The notes under the pieces: generated by a model
What the model was told of the DNA's origin: nothing
What the model saw: only the letters and a program-made list of their open reading frames with translations
The model's database searches: none
From: Amphiscolops sp. MND2022
Taxonomy: Eukaryota
DNA: 64,000 nucleotides
Reading direction: 5' to 3'
Assembly: GCA_964187785.1 (NCBI GenBank)
Contig: OZ076409.1
Span: 73,658,001-73,722,000 of the forward strand
In this document: positions 42,329 to 55,800 of the stretch, piece by piece
Numbering within the stretch: position 1 is the first letter of the stretch
How the letters are laid out: every line of letters starts with the position of its first letter
Program-made: the position numbers and the translations under genes

Positions 42329-45300
42329 AAAATTTGAAGACATGTACTCTGATTACATCAGCCTCATTAGGTGGAATCGACGATAAGCGTGGTTCCACTT
42401 TTCTTTTTTTGAAATCAAGTATAATAATGTAACGACAACCCTTCCGCATTCTCTAACATCATTAACCACTCATTAACCTTTCAACCGACACCCGACTGAC
42501 GACTCTTCTCCAATCACGTAAGTAACTACTTTCATATTTTTAACACTCTCCTGCCTACTGGAATCTTCGTTTTGCCGTCCACGTCTAGGTGCCCAAATCC
42601 ATCGATTTACCTTCACTTTGAGGGCGGGGTAGGGCCCCCGACCGGCTCCTCAGGCTTTAGACTGGCAACTTTAAGCCATTGTGCAAAATGAAAGCGATTT
42701 TCTAAACGGCCCATACGATTTGGCTGAAATTTTGCATACGGCTTCCTCTAGCAATTCTAAGAACTAATCCCTACTGGCGTTTTGCCCGGAAAAATCAAAA
42801 AGTTGGTCAAAATCACTATTTTAGGTGCCGAAAATGGCGTTTTTTCGAAAAATTTTTTTTCAAGAGCCCATATCTCGCTTCCAGGTGCTCGTAGCGGGTC
42901 GCATGTGGACGTTGATATTGCTAGGCACTTCGTAAGGAGTCCGTATACAAATTTTCGTTCCGATCGGATAAAAATTGACTGAGTAATAGCCGCAAATCGG
43001 ACGAATTTTTCCGGAAATTTTGGTGCAACTAGTCTATCTCTGCCGTTTTTTGCCCAGATTTTTTTCCAGGACCTCTCCTAAAGACCTCCCCTGGCCGGTT
43101 TAGCCCCCAAAAAAACCATTTGGCCCTTTTGCCGCAGTTTCAGCGTTCCAGGATTCCCCGGGTAAAAGTAAAATGTCTTAGAATTTTTTCGAAAAATTTT
43201 CAAAAATTTTTTTTTTCAACTTCAGGCCTCCCAAAGTCATAGAACTTCCACACAACTAGTATTGCAAGTGAATGCATGTGGAAAGTGCTTGAATAGACGA
43301 GAAAAATGAGCTATTATAAACCTCTGTAGCTTAACCTGACGTTGACTTAAGACAATTTTAGTGTGAGCTTCCTATGTGAGAAAAAATTTCAAAAATTGAA
43401 AATCGAAGCTAAGCCTCATCCAAAACTCATCGGAATACGTTCAATCCATCCCAAAGCGGTTTGTTCCCAGTTGTAGAGTGCAGCAACACCATTCAAGGTC
43501 ATTTGGCCCACTTTAATAGGTTTTGACTTTGTCTTATCCATCCGAAAATTCGAAACAGTTAAGTACATTCCATCTCCCCTCCGTGGGAGATGGTAATGTA
43601 CTCGCAAAAAGCCAAGTACTACCGCCCTATTCTACCCGTAGTGGTGCTAGAAATGCAGTAGCGTGAGCTCCAGGTTGTTTGCAGTAGCCTTTACGTATGT
43701 TGTGATTATGTATTACAATTCTAACTCTGTTACTAAACATTAAAAAATTGTTTCAATCCCAAATTTTTTTCAACCTTAGTATGTCACCAATAAAGATATA
43801 TCCATCTTTCCTACTACAACCACCCTACCACCCGGCCCCTCGTATCTTTGTTCAACCGTACACGTCTAGGTGCCCCGCTTTGACCAGCAACCCAACTCTT
43901 TGAGGGCGGGGTAGGGCCCCCAGCCCGAACATAAGGCTTTAGACTTTCAACTTAAGGCGGATGCTACAGTCTGATATCGATCTCGAGAACTAGCCCCGCG
44001 ATTTGGCTGAAATTTTGCATACGGCTTCCTATAACAATTCTAAGAACTAATCCCTACTGGCATTTTGCTGTGAAAACGCAGAATGTTGGTCAAAATCTTA
44101 GTTTTAGGGTCAAAAAATGGCGTTTTTTCGGAAAATTTTTTTTCAAGAGCCGATATCTCGCCCCACAGGCCCCGAATCAAAAAGTGTACAATTGTTCGTT
44201 TGTTAGGCACTTCATGAACTGTCCGTAAACAAATTTTCGTACAGATCGGATAAAAATTGACTGAGTAATAGTCGCAAATCCGACGAATTTTTTCGAAATT
44301 TTTGGTGCACCTAGTCTATCTCTGCCGTTTTTTGCCCAGATTTTTTTCCAGGACCTCTCCTAAAGGCCTCCCCTGGCCGGTTTACCTCCCAGAAAAACCA
44401 TTTGGCCCTTTTGCCGCAGTTTCAGCGTTCCAGGATTCCCCGGGTAAAAGTAAAATGTCTTAGAATTTTTTCGAAAAATTTTCAAAATTTTTTTTTTCAA
44501 CTTCAGGCCTCCCAAAGTCAAGAAACGTCCACACAACTAGTATTGCAAGTGAATGCATGTGGAAAGTGCTCGAATAGACGAGAAAAATGAGCTATTATAA
44601 ACCTCTGTAGCTCAACCTGACGTTGACTTATGACAATTTTAGTGTGAGCTTGCTATATGGTAAAAAATTTCAAAAATTGAAAATCGAAGCTAAGTCTCAT
44701 CCAAAACTCATCGGAATACGTTCAATCCATCCCAAAGCGGTGTAATTCCAGCTATGTAGTGCAGCAACGCCATTCAAGGTCTTTTGACCCATTTATATAA
44801 GTTTTGACACCGTCTTATCCATCCGAAAGTTCGAAACAGTTAAGTACATTCCATCTCCCCTCCGTGGGAGATGGTAATGTACTCGCAAAAAGCCAAGTAT
44901 CACCGTCCTATTCTACCCGTAGTTGTGCTATAAATGCAGTAGCGGGAGCGCCAGGCTGTCTACAGTAGCCTTACGGGTGTTGTGACTATGTATTACAAAT
45001 CTAACTATGTTACTGAACGTGAAAAAATTGTTTCACTCCAAAATTTTTTTCAACTATTCTATGTCATCAATAAAGATATATCCATCCATTTACTACTACC
45101 TACCCCATCACCCGCCCCCTCCACTATCTGTTCAACCGTACACGTCTAGGTGCCCAAATCCATCGATTTACCTTCACTTTGAGGGCGGGGTAGGGCCCCC
45201 GACCGGCTCCTCAGGCTTTAGACTGGCAACTTTAAGCCATTGTGCAAAATGAAAGCGATTTTCTAAACGGCCCATACGATTTGGCTGAAATTTTGCATAC

Positions 45301-48300
45301 GGCTTCCTCTAGCAATTCTAAGAACTAATCCCTACTGGCGTTTTGCCCGGAAAAATCAAAAAGTTGGTCAAAATCACTATTTTAGGTGCCGAAAATGGCG
45401 TTTTTTCGAAAAATTTTTTTTCAAGAGCCCATATCTCGCTTCCAGGTGCTCGTAGCGGGTCGCATGTGGACGTTGATATTGCTAGGCACTTCGTAAGGAG
45501 TCCGTATACAAATTTTCGTTCCGATCGGATAAAAATTGACTGAGTAATAGCCGCAAATCGGACGAATTTTTCCGGAAATTTTGGTGCAACTAGTCTATCT
45601 CTGCCGTTTTTTGCCCAGATTTTTTTCCAGGACCTCTCCTAAAGACCTCCCCTGGCCGGTTTAGCCCCCAAAAAAACCATTTGGCCCTTTTGCCGCAGTT
45701 TCAGCGTTCCAGGATTCCCCGGGTAAAAGTAAAATGTCTTAGAATTTTTTCGAAAAATTTTCAAAAAATTTTTTTTTCAACTTCAGGCCTCCCAAAGTCA
45801 TAGAACTTCCACACAACTAGTATTGCAAGTGAATGCATGTGGAAAGTGCTTGAATAGACGAGAAAAATGAGCTATTATAAACCTCTGTAGCTTAACCTGA
45901 CGTTGACTTAAGACAATTTTAGTGTGAGCTTCCTATGTGAGAAAAAATTTCAAAAATTGAAAATCGAAGCTAAGCCTCATCCAAAACTCATCGGAATACG
46001 TTCAATCCATCCCAAAGCGGTTTGTTCCCAGTTGTAGAGTGCAGCAACACCATTCAAGGTCATTTGGCCCACTTTAATAGGTTTTGACTTTGTCTTATCC
46101 ATCCGAAAATTCGAAACAGTTAAGTACATTCCATCTCCCCTCCGTGGGAGATGGTAATGTACTCGCAAAAAGCCAAGTACTACCGCCCTATTCTACCCGT
46201 AGTGGTGCTAGAAATGCAGTAGCGTGAGCTCCAGGTTGTTTGCAGTAGCCTTTACGTATGTTGTGATTATGTATTACAATTCTAACTCTGTTACTAAACA
46301 TTAAAAAATTGTTTCAATCCCAAATTTTTTTCAACCTTAGTATGTCACCAATAAAGATATATCCATCTTTCCTACTACAACCACCCTACCACCCGGCCCC
46401 TCGTATCTTTGTTCAACCGTACACGTCTAGGTGCCCAAATCCATCGATTTACCTTCATTTTGAGGGCGGGGTAGGGCCCCCGACCGGCTCCTCAGGCTTT
46501 AGACTGACAACGTTAAGCCATTGTGCAAAATGGAAGCGATTTTCTAAACGGCCCATACGATTTGGCTCAAAATTTGCATACGGCTTCCTCTAGCGATTCT
46601 AAGAACTAATCCCTACTGGCGTTTTGCCCGGAAAAATCAAAAAGTTGGTCAAAATCTTAGTTTTTTGGTCGAAAAATGGCGTTTTTTTGGAAAAAATTTT
46701 TTTAAGAGCCCATATCTCGCTCCCAGGTGCTCAGAGCGGGTCGCATGTGGACGTTGATATTGCTGGGCACTTCATAAGGAGTCCGTAGACAAATTTTGGT
46801 ACAGATCGGATGAAAATTGATAGAGTAATAGCCGCCGATTTGGCGCATTTTTTCGCAAATTTTCGAAAACCTAGTCTATCTCTGCCGTTTTTTGCCCAGA
46901 TTTTTTTCCAGGACCTCTCCTAAAGGCCTCCCCTGGCCGGTTTACCTCCCAGAAAAACCATTTGGCCCTTTTGCCGCAGTTTCAGCGTTCCAGGATTCCC
47001 CGGGTAAAAGTAAAATGTCTTAGAATTTTTTCGAAAAATTTTCAAAATTTTTTTTTTCAACTTCAGGCCTCCCAAAGTCAAGAAACGTCCACACAACTAG
47101 TATTGCAAGTGGATGCATGTGGAAAGTGCTCGAATAGACGAGAAAAATGAGCTATTATAAACCTCTGTAGCTTAACCTGACGTTGACTTATGACAATTTT
47201 AGTGTGAGCTTGCTATGTGAGAAAAAATTTCAAAAATTGAAAATCGAAGCTAAGTCTCATCCAAAACTCATCGGAATGCGTTCAATCCCTCCCAGAGCGG
47301 TTTAATTCTAGCTATATAGTGCAGCAACGCCATTCAAGGTCATTTGACTCATTTCTATAGGTTTTGACTCTGTCTTATCCATCCGAAAGTTCGAAACAGT
47401 TAAGTACATTCCATCTCCCCTCCGTGGGAGATGGTAATGTACTCGCAAAAAACCAGGTACTACCGCCCCATTCTACCCGTAGTGGTGCTAGAAATGCAGT
47501 AGCGTGAGCTCCAGGTTGTTTGCAGTAGCCTTTACGTATGTTGTGATTATGTATTACAATTCTAACTCTGTTACTAAACATTAAAAAATTGTTTCAATCC
47601 CAAACTTTTTTTCAACCTTAGTATGTCACCAATAAAGATATATCCATCTTTCCTACTACAACCACCCTACCACCCGGCCCCTCGTATCTTTGTTCAACCG
47701 TGCACGTCTAGGTGCAGATCCCCTTTGGGATGCCTTAGTTTCGAGGGCGGGGTAGGGCCCCCAGCCCGAGTCCTAGTAAAAACAACTTAAGGCGATTATA
47801 ACAGTGAGGTATCGATTTTCTAAACGAGCCTTACGATTTGGCTGAAATTTTGCATACGGCTTCCTATAACAATCCTAAGAACTAATCCCTACTGGCGTTT
47901 TGCCCGGAAAAAACAAAAAGTGGGTCAAAATCTTAGTTTTTTGGTCGAAAAATGGCGTTTTTTTGGAAAAATTTTTTTTAAGAGCCCATATCTCGCTCCC
48001 AGGTGCTCGGAGCGGGTCTCATGTGGACGTTGATATTGCTGGGCACTTCGTAAGGAGTCCGTAGACAAATTTTGGTACAGATCGGATGAAAATTGATAGA
48101 GTAATAGCCGCCGATTTGGCGCATTTTTTCGCAAATTTTCGAAAACCTAGTCTATCTCTGCCGTTTTTTGCCCAGATTTTTTTCCAGGACCTCTCCTAAA
48201 GGCCTCCCCTGGCCGGTTTACCTCCCAGAAAAACCATTTGGCCCTTTTGCCGCAGTTTCAGCGTTCCAGGATTCCCCGGGTAAAAGATAAATGACTTAGA

Positions 48301-51300
48301 ATTTTTTCAAAAAATTTTCAAAATTTTTTTTTCAACTTCAGGCCTCCCAAAGTCAAGAAACGTCCACACAACTAGTATTGCAAGTGAATGCATGTGGAAA
48401 GTGCTTGAATAGACGAGAAAAATGAGCTATTATAAAACTTTCTAGCTTAACTTGACGTTGACTTATGGCAATTTTAGTGTGAGCTTGCTATGTGAGAAAA
48501 AATTTCAAAAATTGAAAATCGAAGATAAGTCTCATCCAAAACTCATCGGAATACGTTCAATCCATCCCAAAGCGGTTTATTTCCAGCTATAGAGTGCAGC
48601 AACACCGTTCAAGGTCATTTGACCCATTTTAATAGGTTTTGACTCTGTCTTATCCATCCGAAAGTTCGAAACAGTTGAGTACATTCCATCTCCCCTCCGT
48701 GGGAGATGGTAATGTACTCGCAAAAAGTCAAGGTCCTACCACCCTATTCTACCCGGAGTGGTGCTAGCAAGGCAGTAGCGTGAGCTCAAGGTTGTTTGCA
48801 GTAGCCTTTACGTATGTTGTGACTATGCATTACAAGTCTAACTATGTTACTGAACGTGAAAAAAACTGTTTCACTCCAAATTTTTTTTCAACTATTTTAT
48901 GTCATCAATAAAGATATATCCATGCATTTACTACTACCTACCCCATCACCCGCCCCCTCCACTATCTGTTCAACCGTGCACGTCTAGGTGCCAATCCCCC
49001 CCGGGATGCCACAGCTTCGAGGGCGGGGTAGGGCCCCCTGCCCGAGTCCAATACCAACGGCGCTAAACTTCGCGCCAGAAACGTAAGGCGATATAGGATT
49101 CTAGAGGCGATCTCGAAAACGGCCCTATAGAATTGGCTCAAAATTTGCATACGGCTTCCTCTAGCGATTCTAAGAACTTTTCCCTACTACCGTTTTGCCC
49201 AAAAAATTTTTTTGTTGACTTATAGACAATTTTAGGTGCCGAAAATGGCGTTTTTTCGAAAAATTTTTTTTCAAGAGCCCATATCTCGCTCCCAGGTGCT
49301 CGGAGCGGGTCGCATGTGGACGTCGATATTGCTAGGCACTTCGTAAGGAGTCCGTATACAAATTTTCGTACAGATCGGATGAAAATTGACTTAGTAATAA
49401 AAAACTTTGATTTGCATTTTTTCGAAAATTTCTGAAAACCCAGTCTATCTCTGCCGTTTTTTGCCCAGATTTTTTTCCAGGACCTCTCCTAAAGGCCTCC
49501 CCTGGCCGGTTTACCTCCCAGAAAAACCATTTGGCCCGTTTGCCGCAGTTTCAGCGTTCCAGGATTCCCCGGGTAAAAGTAAAATGACTTAGAATTTTTC
49601 GAAAAATTTTCAAAATTTTTTTTTTCAACTTCAGGCCTCCCAAAGTCAAGAAACGTCCACACAACTAGTATTGCCAGTGAATGCATGTGGAAAGTGCTCG
49701 AATAGACGAGAAAAATGAGCTATTATAAACCTCTGTAGCTCAACCTGACGTTGACTTATGACAATTTTAGTGTGAGCTTGCTATGTGAGAAAAAATTCCG
49801 AAAATTGAAAATCGAAGCTAAGTCTCATCCAAAACTCATCGGAATACGTTCAATCCATATCAAAGCGGTTTGTTCCCAGTTGTAGAGTGCAGCAACACCA
49901 TTCAAGGTCATTTGACCCACTTTAATAGGTTTTGACTTTGTCTTATCCATCCGAAAATTCGAAACAGTTAAGTACATTCCATCTCCCCTCCGTGGGAGAT
50001 GGTAATGTACTCGCAAAAAGCCAAGTATAACCGCCCTATTCTACCCGTAGTGGTGCTAGAAGAGCAGTAGCGTGAGCTCCAGGTTTGCAGTAGTCTCTAT
50101 GTGTTATAATTATATTTTTCATAGCTAAAAATCTTACTAAACGTGATAAAAAAAATTACATCACTCAAATTTTTTCAAATATTATTATATGTCCCCAATT
50201 GACGCACGTCAACTATTTCACTACAACCACCCTACCACCCGGCCCCTCGTATCTTTGTTCAACCGTACACGTCTAGGTGCCAATCCCCCCCGGGATGCCA
50301 CAACTTCGAGGGCGGGGTAGGGCCCCCTGCCCGAGTCCAAAACCAACGGCGCTAAACTTCGCGCCAGAAACTTAAGGCGTTTTCCATTTCTAGAGGCGAT
50401 CTCGAAAACGGCCCATTCGATTTGGCTCAAATTTTGCATGCGGCTTCCTCTAGCGATTCTAAGAACTTTTCCCTACTACCATTTTGCCCGGAAAATTTTT
50501 TTTGTTGACTTATAGACAATTTTAGGTGCCAAAAATGGCGTTTTTTCGAAAAATTTTTTTTCAAGAGCCCATATCTCGCTCCCAGGTGCTCGGAGCGGGT
50601 CGCATGTGGACGTCGATATTGCTAGGCACTTCGTAAGGAGTCCGTAGACAAATTTTCGTACAGATCGGATGAAAATTGACTTAGTAATAAAAAACTTTGA
50701 TTTGCATTTTTTCGAAAATTTCTGAAAACCCAGTCTATCTCTGCCGTTTTTTGCCCAGATTTTTTTCCAGGACCTCTCCTAAAGGCCTCCCCTGGCCGGT
50801 TTACCTCCCAGAAAAACCATTTGGCCCTTTTGCCGCAGTTTCAGCGTTCCAGCATTCCCCGGGTAAAAGATAAATGACTTAGAATTTTTTCGAAAAATTT
50901 TCCAAAAATTTTTTTTTCAACTTCAGACCTCCCAAAGTCAGGAAACTTCCACACAACTAGTATTGCAAGTGGATGCATGTGGAAAGTGCTCGAATAGACG
51001 AGAAAAATGAGCTATTATAAATCTCTGTAGCTTAACCTGACGTTGACTTATGACAATTTTAGTGTGAGCTTGCTATGTGAGAAAAAATTTCAAAAATTGA
51101 AAATCGAAGTTATGTCTCATCCAAAACTCATCGGAATACGTTCAATCCATCCCAAAGCGGTTTATTTCCAGCTATAGAGTGCAGCAACACCGTTCAAGGT
51201 TATTTGACCCATTTTAATAGGTTTGGACTCTGTCTTATTCATCCGAAAGTTCGAAACAGTTAAGTACATTCCATCTCCCCTCCGTGGGAGATGGTAATGT

Positions 51301-51572
51301 ACTCGCAAAAAGCCAAGTACTTACGCCCTATTCTACCCGTAGTGGTGCTAGAAATGCAGTAGCGGGAGCGCCAGGCTGTTTACAGTAGCCTTTATGGGTG
51401 TTGTGACTATGTATTACAAATCTAACTATGTTACTGAACGTGAAAAAGTTGTTTCAATTCCAAAATTTTTTTTCAACTTTAATATGTCACCAATAAACAT
51501 ATATCCATCTTTCCTACTACAACCACCCTACCACCCGGCCCCTCGTATCTTTGTTCAACCGTACACGTCTAG

Positions 51573-52861
51573 GTGCCGGGATTTCTATTCGATAAAGTAT
51601 GTGGCGCGCCTTGGGTAGGGTCCCTTGCGCGCTTTTGGGTATGGTGTTCACCAGCTAGGAAATAGGGGTCGATTTTTCGGGATCTCCTAAACTAGCCACA
51701 CGATTTGGCTGAAATTTGGCACACGTACTCCCCTCGGCACGGTGAAGATGATTTCCTACTGACGTTTTTCCCGCAAAATTTTTTTTGTTGTCCAAAATAA
51801 CGGTTTTTGGGGTAAAATTTTGAATTTTTTTTAAATTTTATCTTATATCTCGCCACGGGTTTACGCTAGCGCTTCAAAACCCTGCTAAAGAAAGCTTGCA
51901 AACTGTCTCAGGAATGCGGTGTGAAATTTTTAGCTCAATCGGACTTAAACTCAGGGAGATATAGCGTTTTTCCGGAGCGGGGGGGTTTCATTTTTCTAAC
52001 GGTCCAGCTTATCTTTGCCATTTTTTCGAAAATGTACTCGCCTAAAGACCTCCCCTGGCCGGTTTTATTCCCAGCAAAACCATTTGGCCCTAAATACGGA
52101 GTTTCAGCGTTCCAGCATTCCCGGGCGAAAAGTTGTGGGACTTAGAAAATTTCAAAAATTTTCAAAATTTTTTTTTTTCGGTTTTCCGCCCTCCCCCCCG
52201 AGGGGAAAAGACCCCCCAACCAGTAATTTGAGTGAATTCATGTGGAAAGGCCATGTTTAGAGGAGAAAAATCCCGTTTAAATCGTCTTTTTATCTTTATT
52301 CAACGTTGACTTATGACGTTTTGAAGGTGATGTTTGGAGGTGTGAAGCACGTGAAAAGTAAACGTTATGAGTATTTATCTGATCTGAAAGCCATTGAGAT
52401 GCAACCTGTTTTGCTCAAAACGTAATTCATATCAGTTTGGTAGTCAATCAACACCCTTTGTTGTCATTTGACATCTTTTTTTGTTGATATAAGAAAAAAT
52501 TTTGTGTATTTATTCAATTTTTTCCCATCAAATAACTTGAAACAGTTGAGTACATTCCATCCCCCCTTCACGGGGGAGATGAGAATGTACTCGCAAAAAG
52601 CCCCGAACTACGGCCCTTACCTTCCTGAGCTACGCAGTATAAAGATTGCATATTGGTTCCGACATTTTGATAGAGTTATATCTTGGTAATCTGTCTGGGT
52701 ATGCAGAAAAACCAGCACGTGCTTTTTTATACCAAGTTGCTCACAACGACATTTATTTTATATCAACGCCCCCATATTTATCAACGCCCCCCGTCCGTGG
52801 GCATGCCGAGGCATGCCCTTCGACGACGTATACCAAGATATGTTCGAGCGCGTTAGCCTAG
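51573..52861 (+). mobile_element. Family-D unit (1289 bp)
   Basis: Start GTGCCGGGATTTC, end CGTTAGCCTAG. Keeps the central CCTAAAGACCTCCCCTGGCCGGTTT block, the GTACATTCCATC hairpin and the GGGCATGCC palindrome. Confidence 0.8.
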
Positions 52862-55800
52862 GTGCAGATCCCCTTTGGGATGCCTTAGTTTCGAGGGCGG
52901 GGTAGGGCCCCCAGCCCGAGTCCTAGTAAAAACAACTTAAGGCGATTATAACAGTGAGGTATCGATTTTCTAAACGAGCCATACGATTTGGCTGAAATTT
53001 TGCATACGGCTTCCTATAACAATCCTAAGAACTAATCCCTACTGGCGTTTTGCCCGGAAAAATCAAAAAGTGGGTCAAAATCTTAGTTTTTTGGTCGAAA
53101 AATGGCGTTTTTTCGAAAAATTTTTTTTCAAGAGCCCATATCTCGCCCCCAGGTGCTCGGAGCGGGTCGCACGTGGACGTTGATATTGCTAGGCACTTCG
53201 TAAGGAGTCCGTAGACAAATTTTCGTACAGATCGGATAAAAATTGACTGAGTAATAGCCGCAAATCCGACGATTTTTTCAGAAAATTTTCGTACATCTAG
53301 TCTATCTCTGCCGTTTTTTGCCCAGATTTTTTTCCAGGACCTCTCCTAAAGGCCTCCCCTGGCCGGTTTACGTCCCAGAAAAACCATTTGGCCCTTTTGC
53401 CGCAGTTTCAGCATTCCAGGATTCCCCGGGTAAAAGTAAAATGACTTAGAATTTTTTCGAAAAATTTTCAAAATTTTTTTTTTCAACTTCAGGCCTCCCA
53501 AAGTCAAGAAACGTCCACACAACTAGTATTGCAAGTGAATGCATGTGGAAAGTGCTCGAATAGACGAGAAAAATGAGCTATTATAAACCTCTGTAGCTCA
53601 ACCTGACGTTGACTTATGACAATTTTAGTGTGAGCTTGCTATGTGAGAAAAAATTTCAAAAATTGAATATTGAAGCTAAGTCTCATCCAAAACTCATCCG
53701 AATACGTTCAATCCATCCCAAAGCGGTTTATTGCCAGCTATATAGTGCAGCAACACCATTGAAGGCCATTTGACCCATTTTAATAGGTTTTGATTTTGTC
53801 TTATCCATCCGAAAATTCGAAACAGTTAAGTACATTCCATCTCCCCTCCGTGGGAGATGGTAATGTACTCGCAAAAAGTCAAGGTCCTACCACCCTATTC
53901 TACCCAGAGTGGTGCTAGCAATGCAGTAGCGTGAGCCCCAGGTTGTTTGCAGTAGCCTTTACGTATGTTGTGACTATGTATTACAATTCTAACTCTGTTA
54001 CTAAACATTAAAAAATTGTTTCAATCTCAATTTTTTTTTCAAATTTAGTATGTCACCAATAAACATATATCCATCTTTCCTACTACAACCACCCTACCAC
54101 CCGGCCCCTCGTATCTTTGTTCAACCGTACACGTCTAGGTGCCAAGCTTTGACCAGCAACCCAACTCTTTGAGGGCGGGGTAGGGCCCCCAGCCCGAACA
54201 TAAGGCTTTAGACTTTCAACGTAAGGCCATTATAAAAGTCTGACCCCGATTTTCTAAACGAGCCTATCGATTTGGCTCAAATTTTGCATGCGGCTTCCTC
54301 TAGCGATTCTAAGAACTTTTCCCTACTACCATTTTGCCCGGAAAATTTTTTTTGTTGACTTATAGACAATTTTAGGTGCCAAAAATGGCGTTTTTTCGAA
54401 AAATTTTTTTTCAAGAGCCCATATCTCGCTCCCAGGTGCTCGGAGCGGGTCGCATGTGAACGTCGATATTGCTAGGCACTTCGTAAGGAGTCCTCAGACA
54501 AATTTTCGTACAGATCGGATGAAAATTGACTTAGTAATAAAAAACTTTGATTTGCATTTTTTCGAAAATTTCTGAAAACCCAGTCTATCTCTGCCGTTTT
54601 TTGCCCAGATTTTTTTCCAGGACCTCTCCTAAAGGCCTCCCCTGGCCGGTTTACCTCCCAGAAAAACCATTTGGCCCGTTTGCCGCAGTTTCAGCGTTCC
54701 AGGATTCCCCGGGTAAAAGTAAAATGACTTAGAATTTTTCGAAAAATTTTCAAAATTTTTTTTTTCAACTTCAGGCCTCCCAAAGTCAAGAAACGTCCAC
54801 ACAACTAGTATTGCAAGTGAATGCATGTGGAAAGTGCTCGAATAGACGAGAAAAATGAGCTATTATAAACCTCTGTAGCTCAACCTGACGTTGACTTATG
54901 ACAATTTTAGTGTGAGCTTGCTATGTGAGAAAAAATTCCGAAAATTGAAAATCGAAGCTAAGTCTCATCCAAAACTCATCGGAATACGTTCAATCCACCC
55001 TAAAGCTGTTTAATTCCAGTTACTAAGTGCAGCAACACCATTCAAGGTCATTTAACCCATATTTATAATTTTTGACACCGTCTTATCCATTTGAAAGTTC
55101 GAAACAGTTGAGTACATTCCATCTCCCCTACGTGGGAGATGGTAATGTACTCGCAAAAAGCCAAGGTCCTACCGCCCTATTCTATCCGGCGTTGCATCAG
55201 AAATGCAGTAGCATGAGCTCCAGGTTGTTTGCAGTAGCCTTTACGTATGTTGTGACTATGTTTTACAATTCTAACTCTGTTACTAAACATGAAAAAATTG
55301 TTTCAATCCCAAAAATTTTCATTTCAACTTTAGTATGTCACCAATAAACATATATGCATCTTTCCTACTACAACCACCCTACCACCCGGCCCCTTGTCCA
55401 CTGTTCAACCGTACACGTCTAGGTGCCCAGCTTTGACCAGCAACCCAACTCTTTGAGGGCGGGGTAGGGCCCCCAGCCCGAACATAAGGCTTTAGACTTT
55501 CAACGTAAGGCCAATAGTACTACCTAATATCGATTTCGAAAACGGCCCGTCAGATTTTGCTCAAATTTTGCATACGGCTTCCTATAACAATCCTAAGAAC
55601 TATTTCCTACTGGCGTTTTGCCCAAAAAAATTTTTTTGTGGGTCAAAATCTTAGTTTTTTGGTCAAAAAATGGCATTTTTTTGGAAAATATTTTTTAAGA
55701 GCCAATATCTCGTCCCACAGGCCCCGGATCAAAAAGTGTACAATTGTTCGTTTGTTAGGCACTTCATGAACTGTCCGTAGACAAATTTTCGTACAGATCG

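Larger units (their letters stand above)
29112..42588 (+). mobile_element. Putatively autonomous Helitron-like rolling-circle element (13.5 kb) occupying one slot of the array
   Basis: Begins GTGCCCAAATCC after a CTAG junction and follows family A to ~29878. Ends CCGTCCACGTCTAG, versus CCGTACACGTCTAG in family A. Encodes an intact Rep-helicase ORF and two accessory ORFs on the + strand. Confidence 0.88.

Noticed and set aside
29112..42588. Ordinary Helitron inserted at random into an unrelated satellite
   Set aside because: It sits exactly between two standard junctions and shares both the left module and the terminal 14 nt with the units.
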